Assembly (NCBI GenBank): GCA_964453345.1
Contig: CAYVOC010000003.1
Coordinates: forward strand, 19,346-83,345
DNA: 64,000 nt
Reading direction: 5' to 3'
Source: an uncultured Aquificales bacterium
Lineage (GTDB): Bacteria; Thermosulfidibacterota; Thermosulfidibacteria; Thermosulfidibacterales; Thermosulfidibacteraceae
Shown here: piece after piece, positions 1 through 9,505 of the stretch
Layout of the letters: the number at the start of each line of letters is the position of its first letter
Numbering within the stretch: position 1 is the first letter of the stretch
The notes under the pieces: model-generated
What the model saw: the letters and a program-made list of their open reading frames with translations, nothing else
What the model was told of the DNA's origin: nothing
The model's database searches: none
Made by a program: the position numbers and the translations under genes

Positions 1-1024
1 GAAGGAGCTCACCATCGCCACAAGACAGCTTGCCGCCATGGTTGGGGCCGGAATACCTCTTCCAGCTGCGCTCAAGGCCATAGCGACCCAGTCCAGAAAC
101 AAATATTTCAGGCAGGTGCTTGAGGAGATAGTTGACAGCGTGGAAGCGGGAATGAAGTTTTCCGATGCCCTTAAGAATTACCCTTCGGTCTTTCCCCCTC
201 TCTATGTGAGCATGGTTGAGGCGGGGGAGACCACAGGAGAACTCGATGTGATGCTCAGAAGGTGGGCCTTCTCCGCCGAAAAGGTCCTCGCTTTGAGAAG
301 GAAGGTCCGCAATGCCATGATATACCCTGTGGCCGTTCTAATTATTGCCATTCTGATATTCATATTTCTGCTCGTGAAGGTGGTCCCAACCTTTGCTAAA
401 ATATTCAGGGAGTCAGGAGTTGAGCTGCCGGCTTTGACCCAGTTTGTTTTGGCGCTCAGCGATGTGGTTAAGCACAGAATAGGGGTTGTGCTTCTCTCTG
501 TGGTGATCTTCTTTGTGGCCTTTAGATTCGCCCTGCGCTTTGAGGGCTTCAGATATGCCTGGGATAAGGTTAAGCTGAATCTGCCCATCTTTGGAACTCT
601 GATAAAAAAGAGCGTTGTCGCTAGATTCTCACGGACCCTTTCGGCCATGTTGAGAAGCGGAATAAACATAATAGATGGCCTCGATGCCGTGGCTCGAACT
701 GCGGGCAACAAGGTCGTTGAGAGGAGCCTCCTTGAGGCGAGGGACGCCATAGCAAGGGGAGAGATGCTGTCGGAGGCTCTTAAGGATAATCCTGCCTTTC
801 CTCCCATGGTGATAGAGATGATATCTGCAGGTGAAAAGACAGGTGGGCTGGATGAGATGCTGGAGAAGGTGGCGGAGTTCTACGAGGAAGAGGTTGATGC
901 CGCCGTTGAAGCCATGACCACCATGATTGAGCCGATAATGCTCATCATTATCGGCGGGATGATAGGAACCATCGTGATCGCCCTTTATCTTCCCATATTC
1001 AAGCTCGGGTCAACCATTCGCTGA
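1..1024 (+). CDS. pilC: Type IV pilus / type II secretion inner-membrane platform protein (T2SS F family), 5' end outside the window
   Basis: The frame is open from the window edge (ORF 38..1024). Two T2SSF repeats are present (MVEAGETTGELD, MISAGEKTGGLDEML), with the C-terminal EPIMLIIIGGMIGTIVIALYLPIF signature. Confidence 0.92.
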   Translation, partial: KELTIATRQLAAMVGAGIPLPAALKAIATQSRNKYFRQVLEEIVDSVEAGMKFSDALKNYPSVFPPLYVSMVEAGETTGELDVMLRRWAFSAEKVLALRRKVRNAMIYPVAVLIIAILIFIFLLVKVVPTFAKIFRESGVELPALTQFVLALSDVVKHRIGVVLLSVVIFFVAFRFALRFEGFRYAWDKVKLNLPIFGTLIKKSVVARFSRTLSAMLRSGINIIDGLDAVARTAGNKVVERSLLEARDAIARGEMLSEALKDNPAFPPMVIEMISAGEKTGGLDEMLEKVAEFYEEEVDAAVEAMTTMIEPIMLIIIGGMIGTIVIALYLPIFKLGSTIR

Positions 1025-1758
1025 TGCAGTATTTTCTTGCGGTGGGTCTTTTCGCGGGTTTCCTTTCGGGTTTTCTTGGTATAGGCGGCGGGGTTGTGAT
1101 GGTCCCCTCTCTGCTTTTTTTGTTCCCCTATCTGGGCATAGGCGGCGAACATTACGTCCACATGGCCCTTGCAACAAGCGTGACCACTGCCTTCTTCCTC
1201 ACCCTTTCAAGCGCCGTCGCCCATATAAGAATGGGCAATGCAAGCCGATCCACCGTTCCGCTTCTTGCCCTTGGCGGTGTGTCTGGGGCGGTTTTCGGCA
1301 CCCTTCTGGCCTCCTTCATATCGGGGGTTGTTTTGAAGAAACTTTTTGCCCTCTTTTTGATCTTTTCCGCCTTCAGGATGCTTGGAAGGGGCCCGGGAAG
1401 CGGCGTTAGTCTCCGCATGCCCGTGTGGCTCATAGGCTTTACCGCAGGATTTGTGGCTGCCTTCTTCGGGGTGGGTGGAGGGATAGTTGCCGTTCCCGCC
1501 CTCGTTGTTTCCGGCTTCTCTCCCTTGGAGGCGGTGGGGACCTCTGCTACGCTGTTGCCCTTTTTAACCGCCTCTGCCGCTGTGGGATACGGGATAAGGG
1601 GGTACATATACTTTCCGGCGGTTGTGGCCATGGCCGCCTCTGGCGTCGTAGCCGCCCAGGTGGGGGCGCGCCTTTCAAGTAAAGCTCCTAAGGATCTTTT
1701 AAGGAAGCTTTTTGCTTGCCTGTTGTTCTTGGTTGCTATAAGAATTTTACTTGACTAA
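1024..1758 (+). CDS. Sulfite exporter TauE/SafE family membrane protein
   Basis: Hydrophobic 244 aa protein with duplicated GFLGIGGGVVMVP / AFFGVGGGIVAVP motifs. TGATG coupling to pilC. Confidence 0.88.
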   Translation: MQYFLAVGLFAGFLSGFLGIGGGVVMVPSLLFLFPYLGIGGEHYVHMALATSVTTAFFLTLSSAVAHIRMGNASRSTVPLLALGGVSGAVFGTLLASFISGVVLKKLFALFLIFSAFRMLGRGPGSGVSLRMPVWLIGFTAGFVAAFFGVGGGIVAVPALVVSGFSPLEAVGTSATLLPFLTASAAVGYGIRGYIYFPAVVAMAASGVVAAQVGARLSSKAPKDLLRKLFACLLFLVAIRILLD

Positions 1759-1770
1759 ATACCTGGAGGT

Positions 1771-1998
1771 GTGGTTGTGCGGGATAAGGTGAAGGAGGCC
1801 ATCGATAAGATAAGGCCCTATCTGCAGGCGGATGGGGGTGATATTGAGCTGGTTGAGGTTGGGGAGGACGGGGTTGTCAAGGTGAGGCTGACGGGTGCCT
1901 GTAGTGGGTGTCCCTTCGCCCAGATAACCCTCAAGCAGGGCGTGGAGGCGGCTCTTAAAAAGATGGTTCCGGAAGTTAAGGAGGTGGTGGCGATTTAG
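1771..1998 (+). CDS. Single-domain NifU/NfuA-type Fe-S carrier
   Basis: IRPYLQADGGDIEL and LTGACSGCP motifs. GGAGG Shine-Dalgarno just upstream. Confidence 0.9.
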   Translation: MVVRDKVKEAIDKIRPYLQADGGDIELVEVGEDGVVKVRLTGACSGCPFAQITLKQGVEAALKKMVPEVKEVVAI

Positions 1999-2000
1999 AG

Positions 2001-2828
2001 GTGCTCAGGGAGCTTGTTAGAAACAGGCTTGCCCTTTTGGGACTTGTTATAGTTGTGACGGTTGTTCTTGTGGCCGTGTTTGCTCCGTGGATAGCACCCT
2101 ACGATTACGCCAAAATAGATCCCAAGGCGGTTCTTATGCCTCCCTCTTTTAAGCATCCCTTCGGAACCGATCAGCTGGGCAGGGATGTCCTGAGCAGGAT
2201 CATATGGGGGGCGAGGGTTTCCGTTGAGGTTGGAGTGGTTTCTGTGGGCATAGCGTGTCTTGTGGGAACGGTTGTGGGGGCCGTTGCGGGTTATTTTGGC
2301 GGATGGGTTGACGAATTGATTATGAGGTTTGTGGATATAATGCTCTGCTTTCCAACCTTCTTTCTGATACTTGCGGTTATATCCGTTCTTGAGCCGAGCA
2401 TCATAAATATAATGGTTGTCATTGGACTTACGTCCTGGATGGGGGTTGCGAGGCTCGTCAGGGCCGAGGTGCTCTCCTTGAGAGAGAGGGAGTTTGTGCT
2501 GTCGGCCAAGATCTCCGGGGTTCCTCACTGGAGGATAATTGTCAGGCATATAATCCCTAATTCAATGGGTCCTGTGCTTGTTGCCGCCACCTTGGGAGTT
2601 GGATCGGCCATTCTTACGGAGAGCGCACTCAGTTTTTTGGGGATAGGGGTTCAGCCTCCCACCCCCAGCTGGGGAAGTATCCTCGCCCTCGGTAAGGATA
2701 CCATACAGGTCGCCTGGTGGTTGTCCTTCTTCCCCGGCTGTGCGATTCTCATAACCGTTTTAGGATACAACCTTCTTGGGGAGGGATTGAGGGATCTTCT
2801 CGATCCGAGACTCAGGGGAGTGGAGTAG
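2001..2828 (+). CDS. Peptide/nickel ABC transporter permease (DppC/OppC family)
   Basis: HPFGTDQLGRDVLSRIIWGARVS, EAA-like loop, ESALSFLGIGVQPPTPSWG, NLLGEGLRDLLDPR. Confidence 0.92.
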   Translation: MLRELVRNRLALLGLVIVVTVVLVAVFAPWIAPYDYAKIDPKAVLMPPSFKHPFGTDQLGRDVLSRIIWGARVSVEVGVVSVGIACLVGTVVGAVAGYFGGWVDELIMRFVDIMLCFPTFFLILAVISVLEPSIINIMVVIGLTSWMGVARLVRAEVLSLREREFVLSAKISGVPHWRIIVRHIIPNSMGPVLVAATLGVGSAILTESALSFLGIGVQPPTPSWGSILALGKDTIQVAWWLSFFPGCAILITVLGYNLLGEGLRDLLDPRLRGVE

Positions 2829-3577
2829 TGGTTTGGGTTCTGTTTCTGGTTGTGCTTCTCTCTTCCTGTGCTCAGCCTGAGCCGCAAATCTCTGTCAAAT
2901 CCCCCCTTGAGGAGAGATACGGCTATCAGCTTAACGTGGTGAAGGGCTATATAGTGGCGGGTGACTTCAACAGGGCGAGGATAGAGGCGGTGAAGCTCCT
3001 CAAAATCAAAAGGACCCCTGAAGCCTACAACCTCCTTGGGCTTGCCTACATGGGTCTGGGGGAGATGGAGGAAGCTGAAAGGGCCTTCAGGATGGCGGTA
3101 AAGCTCGACGACGGCTACTCAACTGCCTGGACGAATCTGTCCGCCTGCTACCTGAAAAAGGGGCGTTATGAGGAGGCCCTCAGGGCGGCCTCTATGGCCC
3201 TTGCCAATCCCATGTATATGAACCCGGAGAAGGCCTATCTGAACATGGCCGAGGCCTATTTCGGGATGGGTAAGGACGAGGAGGCCCTGCGCGCTCTGGA
3301 GAAGGCCATAAGGTATAATGTTGGCTTCGCTCCGGCGTATGAGAGGTTGCTGAAGTATTACGTTGAGAGGGGAGAGATCGGTGAGGCGAAAAACGTTCTT
3401 TATGATGCCGAGGCTGCGGGGGTGGATAGTCCCGGTGTCAATTTTTATAAGGCGCTTATACTTATTAGAGAGGGGAAGGTGCTTGAGGCTAAGGCCATAC
3501 TCAAGGGCATTTTGAGGGATTACCCCTTAACCACCTGGGCGAAGAGGGCTCTTGAGTATCTGGAGAGCATAGAATGA
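2828..3577 (+). CDS. TPR lipoprotein, PilF/PilW-like (pilotin-type)
   Basis: Likely GTG start at 2828 within ORF 2717..3577. Lipobox LLSSC. TPRs (AYNLLGLAY, AWTNLSACY, ALANPMYMNPEKAYLN, typical of PilW). Confidence 0.72.
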   Translation: MVWVLFLVVLLSSCAQPEPQISVKSPLEERYGYQLNVVKGYIVAGDFNRARIEAVKLLKIKRTPEAYNLLGLAYMGLGEMEEAERAFRMAVKLDDGYSTAWTNLSACYLKKGRYEEALRAASMALANPMYMNPEKAYLNMAEAYFGMGKDEEALRALEKAIRYNVGFAPAYERLLKYYVERGEIGEAKNVLYDAEAAGVDSPGVNFYKALILIREGKVLEAKAILKGILRDYPLTTWAKRALEYLESIE

Positions 3578-4473
3578 GTCTGTATTTGGAGAATCTCAAT
3601 CGCCTGAAGGAGAGGGCCGAGGAGCTGGAGGCCATATATGAGTCCTGCGAGCTCTGCCCGAGAAGATGCGGGGTGAACAGGCACAGGGAGCTCGGCTACT
3701 GTAAAGCCCCGTCTCAGCTCGTTATCTCCTCGTGGGGTCCCCACTTCGGCGAGGAGCCTCCCCTTGTGGGACTGGGTGGATCGGGCACCATATTCTTCAC
3801 CTACTGCAACCTTCTATGTGTTTTCTGTCAGAACTACGAAATATCCCATTTGGGCTATGGGGAGGTGTGCACGGAGGCGGAGCTTGCCGATATCATGCTT
3901 GCGCTGCAGAGAAGGGGATGTCACAATATAAACTTGGTGACCCCGACCCATTACCTTCCCGGAATACTTAAGGCCCTCTATATCGCTGCAGGCAAGGGTC
4001 TGTCCCTGCCGGTTGTGTATAACTGCGGCGGTTACGAGAATCCGGAGATTATAGAAAGGCTGGAGGGCATCATAGACATCTACATGCCGGATGTGAAGTT
4101 CCTTTCTACAGAGTCATCCAGAAGGTATATGAATGCTCCGGATTACCCCGAGGTTGTAACCCGGGCTGTCAGGATCATGCACTCTCAGGTAGGGGATCTT
4201 GTGGGTGAAGGGGGGATAGCCAAAAGGGGCCTTATAATAAGACACCTTGTTATGCCCAATCACCTTGAGGATTCAAAAAAGGTGGTGGATTTCGTGGCCT
4301 CCCTTTCACCTAACACTTACTTCAACATAATGTTTCAGTATCGACCCCTTTATAGGGCGGGGGAGTATCCGGAAATTGCCAGAAGGCCCTATCTTTGGGA
4401 ATATGAAGAGGTGGTGAAGTATGCATTGAGCCGGGGACTCAGGAGGGGATTCGGTGGAAGAGAGACCCTGTGA
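3574..4473 (+). CDS. Radical SAM protein, PflX-like
   Basis: CELCPRRCGVNR, HFGEEPPLVG, CNLLCVFCQNYEIS (CxxxCxxC), HNINLVTPTH, DIYMPDVKF. Confidence 0.88.
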   Translation: MSLYLENLNRLKERAEELEAIYESCELCPRRCGVNRHRELGYCKAPSQLVISSWGPHFGEEPPLVGLGGSGTIFFTYCNLLCVFCQNYEISHLGYGEVCTEAELADIMLALQRRGCHNINLVTPTHYLPGILKALYIAAGKGLSLPVVYNCGGYENPEIIERLEGIIDIYMPDVKFLSTESSRRYMNAPDYPEVVTRAVRIMHSQVGDLVGEGGIAKRGLIIRHLVMPNHLEDSKKVVDFVASLSPNTYFNIMFQYRPLYRAGEYPEIARRPYLWEYEEVVKYALSRGLRRGFGGRETL

Positions 4474-5200
4474 GGAAAGGATAGAGCAGCTTTTCCGCGA
4501 GATAGAGAACAGGTTTGGAAGCCTTGAGGCCTTCGCTGATTCTGCCAATGTTCCGGTTTCGTTCCTTGAGGCCCTGAGGGATGGAAGGTGGGATGAACTT
4601 CCCGAGGCGGTGTATGTGAGGGCCTTCCTGAAAAAGGTGGCAAAGGTATTGGGGTGGGATGAAGAGGAGCTGGTTTCCATATTTTCGGATTGCGTTTGCA
4701 AGAGGCAGGTCTCCACGGAGATAGAGGAGGTTCCGGTTAAGAGATCCGGTGGTCTGGGGTTGTTCGGAAGAGGCGGGTGGATTTTTTTGATTGCTGTGCT
4801 TTTCTTTCTGGTTGGCGGCCTGGTTTACACTTACGTTTCCAGTTTGCCTAAGGAACCCGTTCTGGAGAGGGTAGAGAGGCCCAAAACGGAGCCCGTTCCC
4901 CCTTCTGGCAACCTGTCGGAGCCGAGTCTGGACTACAAATACGAGGTGAAGCTGTTTTCCGCTAAGGGCAAAAGCTGGTATAGATGGGTCTCTCCAGGCT
5001 TCAGGGAGCAGGGGTTTATTCTGCCCGAAGGTAATAAGACCTTTGAGTGCTCCGCCAATAGCACCTGCTATCTAAAACTTGGGAAGCCTGAAGTCGTTGA
5101 AATAAAGTTTAATGATAAGTTGTGGCATTTTAAGGGCACCAAGCCCATTCTCTTGAGATTCGCCAATGGAACCATTGAGATTGTGAGAGGTGGATTGTGA
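4454..5200 (+). CDS. rodZ: RodZ-like protein (HTH, single TM helix, periplasmic domain)
   Basis: N-terminal HTH with ELPEAVYVRAFLKKVAKVLG, one TM segment, beta-rich C-terminus with LKLGKPEVV. Confidence 0.7.
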   Translation: MEERPCEERIEQLFREIENRFGSLEAFADSANVPVSFLEALRDGRWDELPEAVYVRAFLKKVAKVLGWDEEELVSIFSDCVCKRQVSTEIEEVPVKRSGGLGLFGRGGWIFLIAVLFFLVGGLVYTYVSSLPKEPVLERVERPKTEPVPPSGNLSEPSLDYKYEVKLFSAKGKSWYRWVSPGFREQGFILPEGNKTFECSANSTCYLKLGKPEVVEIKFNDKLWHFKGTKPILLRFANGTIEIVRGGL

Positions 5201-7356
5201 CGGTCACAAATCGTTTGAGGATTGGTTTTGCTGTTATAGCTTTCTTTGCCTTTCTTTTAGGGTATATGGGGTTTGTGGGTGTCATGCACGTTAGGCACTC
5301 TTTTATGATTACAAAGACGTTAACGAGCATTCTATACCACGTTTCCATTTCAACAAGGGGAGAGATGCTATACATCATGAGCGGTGATAGGGGATACGAA
5401 AAGGAGGTTGAGAACGCCAATATGAACCTGCTTAAGTATGTCGAAAAGGCGGAAAATGAACTAAAGAATGGCGATAACATAATGGAGATGCTGGCGCTGA
5501 TTAGAAATGGACTTAGTCCCAATATAGAGGACATATTCCAGTCCGTTAGACTTTTTGTGAAAGTGGTTTCAGATCTGAATGCAAATATTGAAAGATTAAG
5601 ATCCGATAAGCTCTCCATTGAGCTGAGTAAAAGATCTACTGCTCTTGCAAAGATCCTATTTCAAAAGGGATACGTTAGAGAGGCCATGGAGATAAAATAT
5701 CTCGAGAAGTCCATACTTTCGGGATACGATCTTGATATGATTAAAGATATAGAAAAGATGCTCTCTGAAGTGATGCTCTCGGTAAATGATCCGCTTCTAA
5801 GGACAAAAATAAAGGATTATCTCGATCTTGTGAACAATATATCCCCTTTGGTGTCAGGTGTGGTTAATGGAATTGCAAAGTATAATGATATTTCAAATAA
5901 ACTGTATAGAAACATATGGAGCGAGATAGGGGAACAGAAGGATTACATAGATAGAGCAATACTTTACACCATGTTTACGACAACCATTATCTTTTTGTTC
6001 CTGGTCTTTCTCCTCGGTGTCATCGGTTACACGTTAACCAGGCTTTTATCCCGCTACTTCAATATTACCATAAGGACCCTTGATAGGGTGAGGAGGGGAG
6101 ATTTCAGTAAGAAACTTGTCTATTCAGCTAAGGATGGTGAGTTTGGGATTATGGCGAAGGAGTATAACCAGATAATGGAGATGCTGAATGAGAATGTGGG
6201 ATACATAATCGATATTTCAAAGGAGGTTCTGGGAAGCACGCTTGTTAAGATGTCGGTTTCTCAGGCTATTGAAGGGAATCCCCTCACCATGGCTCGCAGG
6301 GTGGTGGAGTCTCTCGTTGAGCTGAACAGATACAAGAGTGTTATAGAAAACGATTATACCAAGGATGAAATATACAACCATCTGTGGATCGTTCTTAATG
6401 AGAGGTTCAATGTCAGCAGGGTTATAATACTGGAGCTGAACGAGAGCAAAAACAGGCTGGAACCGGTTTTGAAAAAGGGGCTTGGGGATGTTCCCATAGA
6501 TGTTGTGGTCAATCCCAATATATGCCGGGCCAAAAGGACGGCCAGGGTGGTCAGCGCTTTGGATTTCAGAAGGATATGCGCCTATTCCGTTGAGGAGGAG
6601 GATCTCTTTTCCGTTTGTATTCCCATAATGATGGGTGGAGAGGTAAAGGGAATTGTGAAGATCGTTGAGGAGAAAAAGAACAGGGACAGGCTTTATAGAG
6701 ATCTACCCTTTATAATCAAGTATGTTGAGACCACGGCGCCTGTTGTGTATGCGGCGAAGCTTCTTGAGATAACAAGGGAGCAGAGCCTGAAGGATAGTCT
6801 TACCGGACTCTACAACAGAAGATTTCTCGATTCTTACCTTGAAAAGTATCTCAGCTTCGCCGACAGGAAGGGCTTTGTTGTTGGTTTCATAATGATAGAC
6901 ATAGATAACTTCAAGAAGGTGAATGATACCTACGGGCACAAGAACGGGGATGTGGTTCTGAAGGAGGTGGCTCACGCCATTGTTTCCTCTGTGAGAGCCT
7001 CCGATGTGGTTATAAGATACGGCGGGGAGGAGTTTCTTGTGATTCTGCCGGATGTGGCTGAGGGCAAAACCGCACAGGTTGCGGAGAAGATAAGAAGGGC
7101 GGTGGAGATGACCTCGATACAGATAGAGGGAAAGGTTCTGCATGTGACCATAAGTTGCGGGGTCGCTGAGTATCCGAGGCATTCAAGGGATCCCTATCAG
7201 GTTATAAAATTTGCAGACATAGCTCTCTATAGAGCTAAGAAGACCGGCAAAAACAGAGTGGTGGTTTTTGATGAAAAGGAGATGGGGGATCTTCTTGCAG
7301 AGGCTTCCGGTGGAGCAACTCCTGATGAGAATATGGATAGTAACCCTCGCAGTTAA
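5197..7356 (+). CDS. Membrane-bound diguanylate cyclase (periplasmic sensor-HAMP-GAF-like-GGDEF)
   Basis: Two TM segments, HAMP-like linker, DSLTGLYNRR, DIDNFKKVNDTYGH, RASD-x5-GGEEF (intact A-site and RxxD I-site). Confidence 0.93.
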   Translation: MTVTNRLRIGFAVIAFFAFLLGYMGFVGVMHVRHSFMITKTLTSILYHVSISTRGEMLYIMSGDRGYEKEVENANMNLLKYVEKAENELKNGDNIMEMLALIRNGLSPNIEDIFQSVRLFVKVVSDLNANIERLRSDKLSIELSKRSTALAKILFQKGYVREAMEIKYLEKSILSGYDLDMIKDIEKMLSEVMLSVNDPLLRTKIKDYLDLVNNISPLVSGVVNGIAKYNDISNKLYRNIWSEIGEQKDYIDRAILYTMFTTTIIFLFLVFLLGVIGYTLTRLLSRYFNITIRTLDRVRRGDFSKKLVYSAKDGEFGIMAKEYNQIMEMLNENVGYIIDISKEVLGSTLVKMSVSQAIEGNPLTMARRVVESLVELNRYKSVIENDYTKDEIYNHLWIVLNERFNVSRVIILELNESKNRLEPVLKKGLGDVPIDVVVNPNICRAKRTARVVSALDFRRICAYSVEEEDLFSVCIPIMMGGEVKGIVKIVEEKKNRDRLYRDLPFIIKYVETTAPVVYAAKLLEITREQSLKDSLTGLYNRRFLDSYLEKYLSFADRKGFVVGFIMIDIDNFKKVNDTYGHKNGDVVLKEVAHAIVSSVRASDVVIRYGGEEFLVILPDVAEGKTAQVAEKIRRAVEMTSIQIEGKVLHVTISCGVAEYPRHSRDPYQVIKFADIALYRAKKTGKNRVVVFDEKEMGDLLAEASGGATPDENMDSNPRS

Positions 7357-9505
7357 TTTTATATGTTTTTCATTTGCCCGTGCTTCGCTTCTTAGATTCA
7401 ACGCTAAGGTTCTTGTCCCGAAAAGCCTAAAAGCAAAGGTTTTTTCTCTGCCTGAAGTGGCTCTGCCTGAAGCTGGAGTGAGACTTAAAAATATACATGT
7501 GGATCTATCCAATGGAACCAGATTGACTGTAGCTCAGGTATTAATCGATATTAAAAGAGCCAAGGAATTTGCAAAGCTGTTCCCAGAATTGAAGAAAGAT
7601 GTGGATAAGTTTCCTGTTGATAAAGGCAATGTTTTTCTGAATGGACTTGTTTTGATTCAGAATAAGAAAGAGATTAGAGCTGTTGTCAACAGAGTGTTTG
7701 TTAATAAAAGTGATTTAGGTAATTTTACCGTAAGTGATATAGTGGTTATTGCAAATAATTCAAGGTTCACCTTCACGGCTTCTTCAGTTAAATCTGACGA
7801 TTTAAAGGTTAAGGATTTGCTGTTCAGCAAGATCTCCAATGGGATTAAAGTCTCCACCTCTGACCTATATGTGAGGGTTTCTTACATTATTCCTGTTGTA
7901 AAAAAGTTCTTCCCTGAGTTGTATAAAAACGCGATTGATAAGGTTAAAAACTTTTTATCTATAAGATACGAGGATTTGAAATTTGGTGGATTTATTTCTA
8001 TTAAAGGGTTGAATGCTACTGTGGATAATGAAACTGCAAATGTAACGGCCTTGGCAAGTGTTGATGCTCTTTCCCTTTCCGATAATGGCAGCAGAGAGAT
8101 GTTAAGTCTCAACGCCACTGCTTTCATCAATAAAGTGGGTAAATCTGTAAAGATTGGTAGGGGTAAGTTTCAGCTGAAAGTCAGCAGGATTTCTCTTAAA
8201 CCCGCTAATATTTCTTTGTCATTGGCCGATGGTAGAATAGCATCGGATAACTTTTCGGTGATGGTGGGTGGTAACTCTACAAGATTTGTTTTTCCCGTTG
8301 TAGTTTCGGGTCTTAAGATTGACATTTCAGGTAAGGATTTTGCAGAGAAGTTTAGAGTGAAGAAGCTTTCCTTTGTTGCTTCAGGTAGCCATCCTGGCAG
8401 GATTGATGTAAAGAGCGTTGCTGCTGAAATTTTCCAAGGTAAAAGTGGCCGTATAATGCTAACCGGGGATTTTAAAGTGCCTGAAGATCCAAGAAATGTT
8501 CTGTTTGGTGAATACAACTTTGATGCGAAAGTCAATAATGTTTCTTTTAGAGATCTGCTCTTAGAAAATCTTTCTTTAGTATCCAAGGGGTGCGTTGTGA
8601 ATTTCTCGTCGGCCTTGATGTTTTCTGGGAGAAAGATAGAGGCTTCGGGTGAAGTGAAGAGGGAGGTGGCTGGTAGAAGCATAGATCTGTATATCCCCGT
8701 GGTCAGGGTTTTTGGTTCTGGCCAGATCAAGAAAAAAGGTTCTTCCGGGAAGAAGGCATCAAGCAAGGGCCCTGAGGCGAAGGAAAAATTTGACTTTTCT
8801 GGTCTGAAGACAGTGGGTAATTACGTTGATAAGTTGAGAGTGAGGGTTAACCATGTGGAAGTTCAGGGGTTGGCACCCTTGACAGGTGTGGAGGCTGTTG
8901 TTGTGTTCAGGAATGGAGGTGCGGAGTTTTCCGGCGGGGGGGACTACTGCCACATCTCCTTTGGCTTTTCTGGTGCCGCAGAGGGGAAGTCTCATCTTCA
9001 GGTCTCCTTGGGCCTCAACGTTATCTCGGGGCCTGTGGATTCGGTTCTCTCATGCTTTGTCAAGAGGGCGCCTGTTTATGTTAAGGGCACTCTGCATCTT
9101 GACAGTGATCTGGAAACGGAAGGAGAGTCCCCGGATGAGCTAAAAAAGAACCTGAATTTTAAGGTTCTTATCAATATCAGAAACGGGACCATTTTGAAGT
9201 TGTCGAATATCGATAAAAGGCTAAGGTGGTTTCTTGATATTCTTGAGATGGTTAGGCTTAAGAAAGAGGGCTTGTTACACGACGCTATAGCCTTTGATAG
9301 AATGGACGCTTACTTGAGCGGTGGATTGTCTGATGCGGAGTTAAAGAGGTTTTCTCTCTTTTCCTCCAACTTGAAGATGAACATCTTTCTTACCGGAAAG
9401 CTGAGGTTCTGGCCCAAGTTTGAGAAATGCTTGAGGGGCAAAGTTAAAACCTATATACTGGAGAAAAATGTGGAGGTGTGTGATAGGTCTTACAAAAAAC
9501 ATTAG
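7325..9505 (+). CDS. Large exported beta-rich protein, probable AsmA-like family
   Basis: Likely ATG at 7325 within ORF 7268..9505, with an N-terminal signal/anchor. Amphipathic beta-strand pattern throughout. The C-terminus (VKGTLHLDSDLETEGESPDELKKNLNF..IRNGTI..IAFDRM) resembles an AsmA C-terminal region. Confidence 0.55.
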   Translation: MRIWIVTLAVNFICFSFARASLLRFNAKVLVPKSLKAKVFSLPEVALPEAGVRLKNIHVDLSNGTRLTVAQVLIDIKRAKEFAKLFPELKKDVDKFPVDKGNVFLNGLVLIQNKKEIRAVVNRVFVNKSDLGNFTVSDIVVIANNSRFTFTASSVKSDDLKVKDLLFSKISNGIKVSTSDLYVRVSYIIPVVKKFFPELYKNAIDKVKNFLSIRYEDLKFGGFISIKGLNATVDNETANVTALASVDALSLSDNGSREMLSLNATAFINKVGKSVKIGRGKFQLKVSRISLKPANISLSLADGRIASDNFSVMVGGNSTRFVFPVVVSGLKIDISGKDFAEKFRVKKLSFVASGSHPGRIDVKSVAAEIFQGKSGRIMLTGDFKVPEDPRNVLFGEYNFDAKVNNVSFRDLLLENLSLVSKGCVVNFSSALMFSGRKIEASGEVKREVAGRSIDLYIPVVRVFGSGQIKKKGSSGKKASSKGPEAKEKFDFSGLKTVGNYVDKLRVRVNHVEVQGLAPLTGVEAVVVFRNGGAEFSGGGDYCHISFGFSGAAEGKSHLQVSLGLNVISGPVDSVLSCFVKRAPVYVKGTLHLDSDLETEGESPDELKKNLNFKVLINIRNGTILKLSNIDKRLRWFLDILEMVRLKKEGLLHDAIAFDRMDAYLSGGLSDAELKRFSLFSSNLKMNIFLTGKLRFWPKFEKCLRGKVKTYILEKNVEVCDRSYKKH

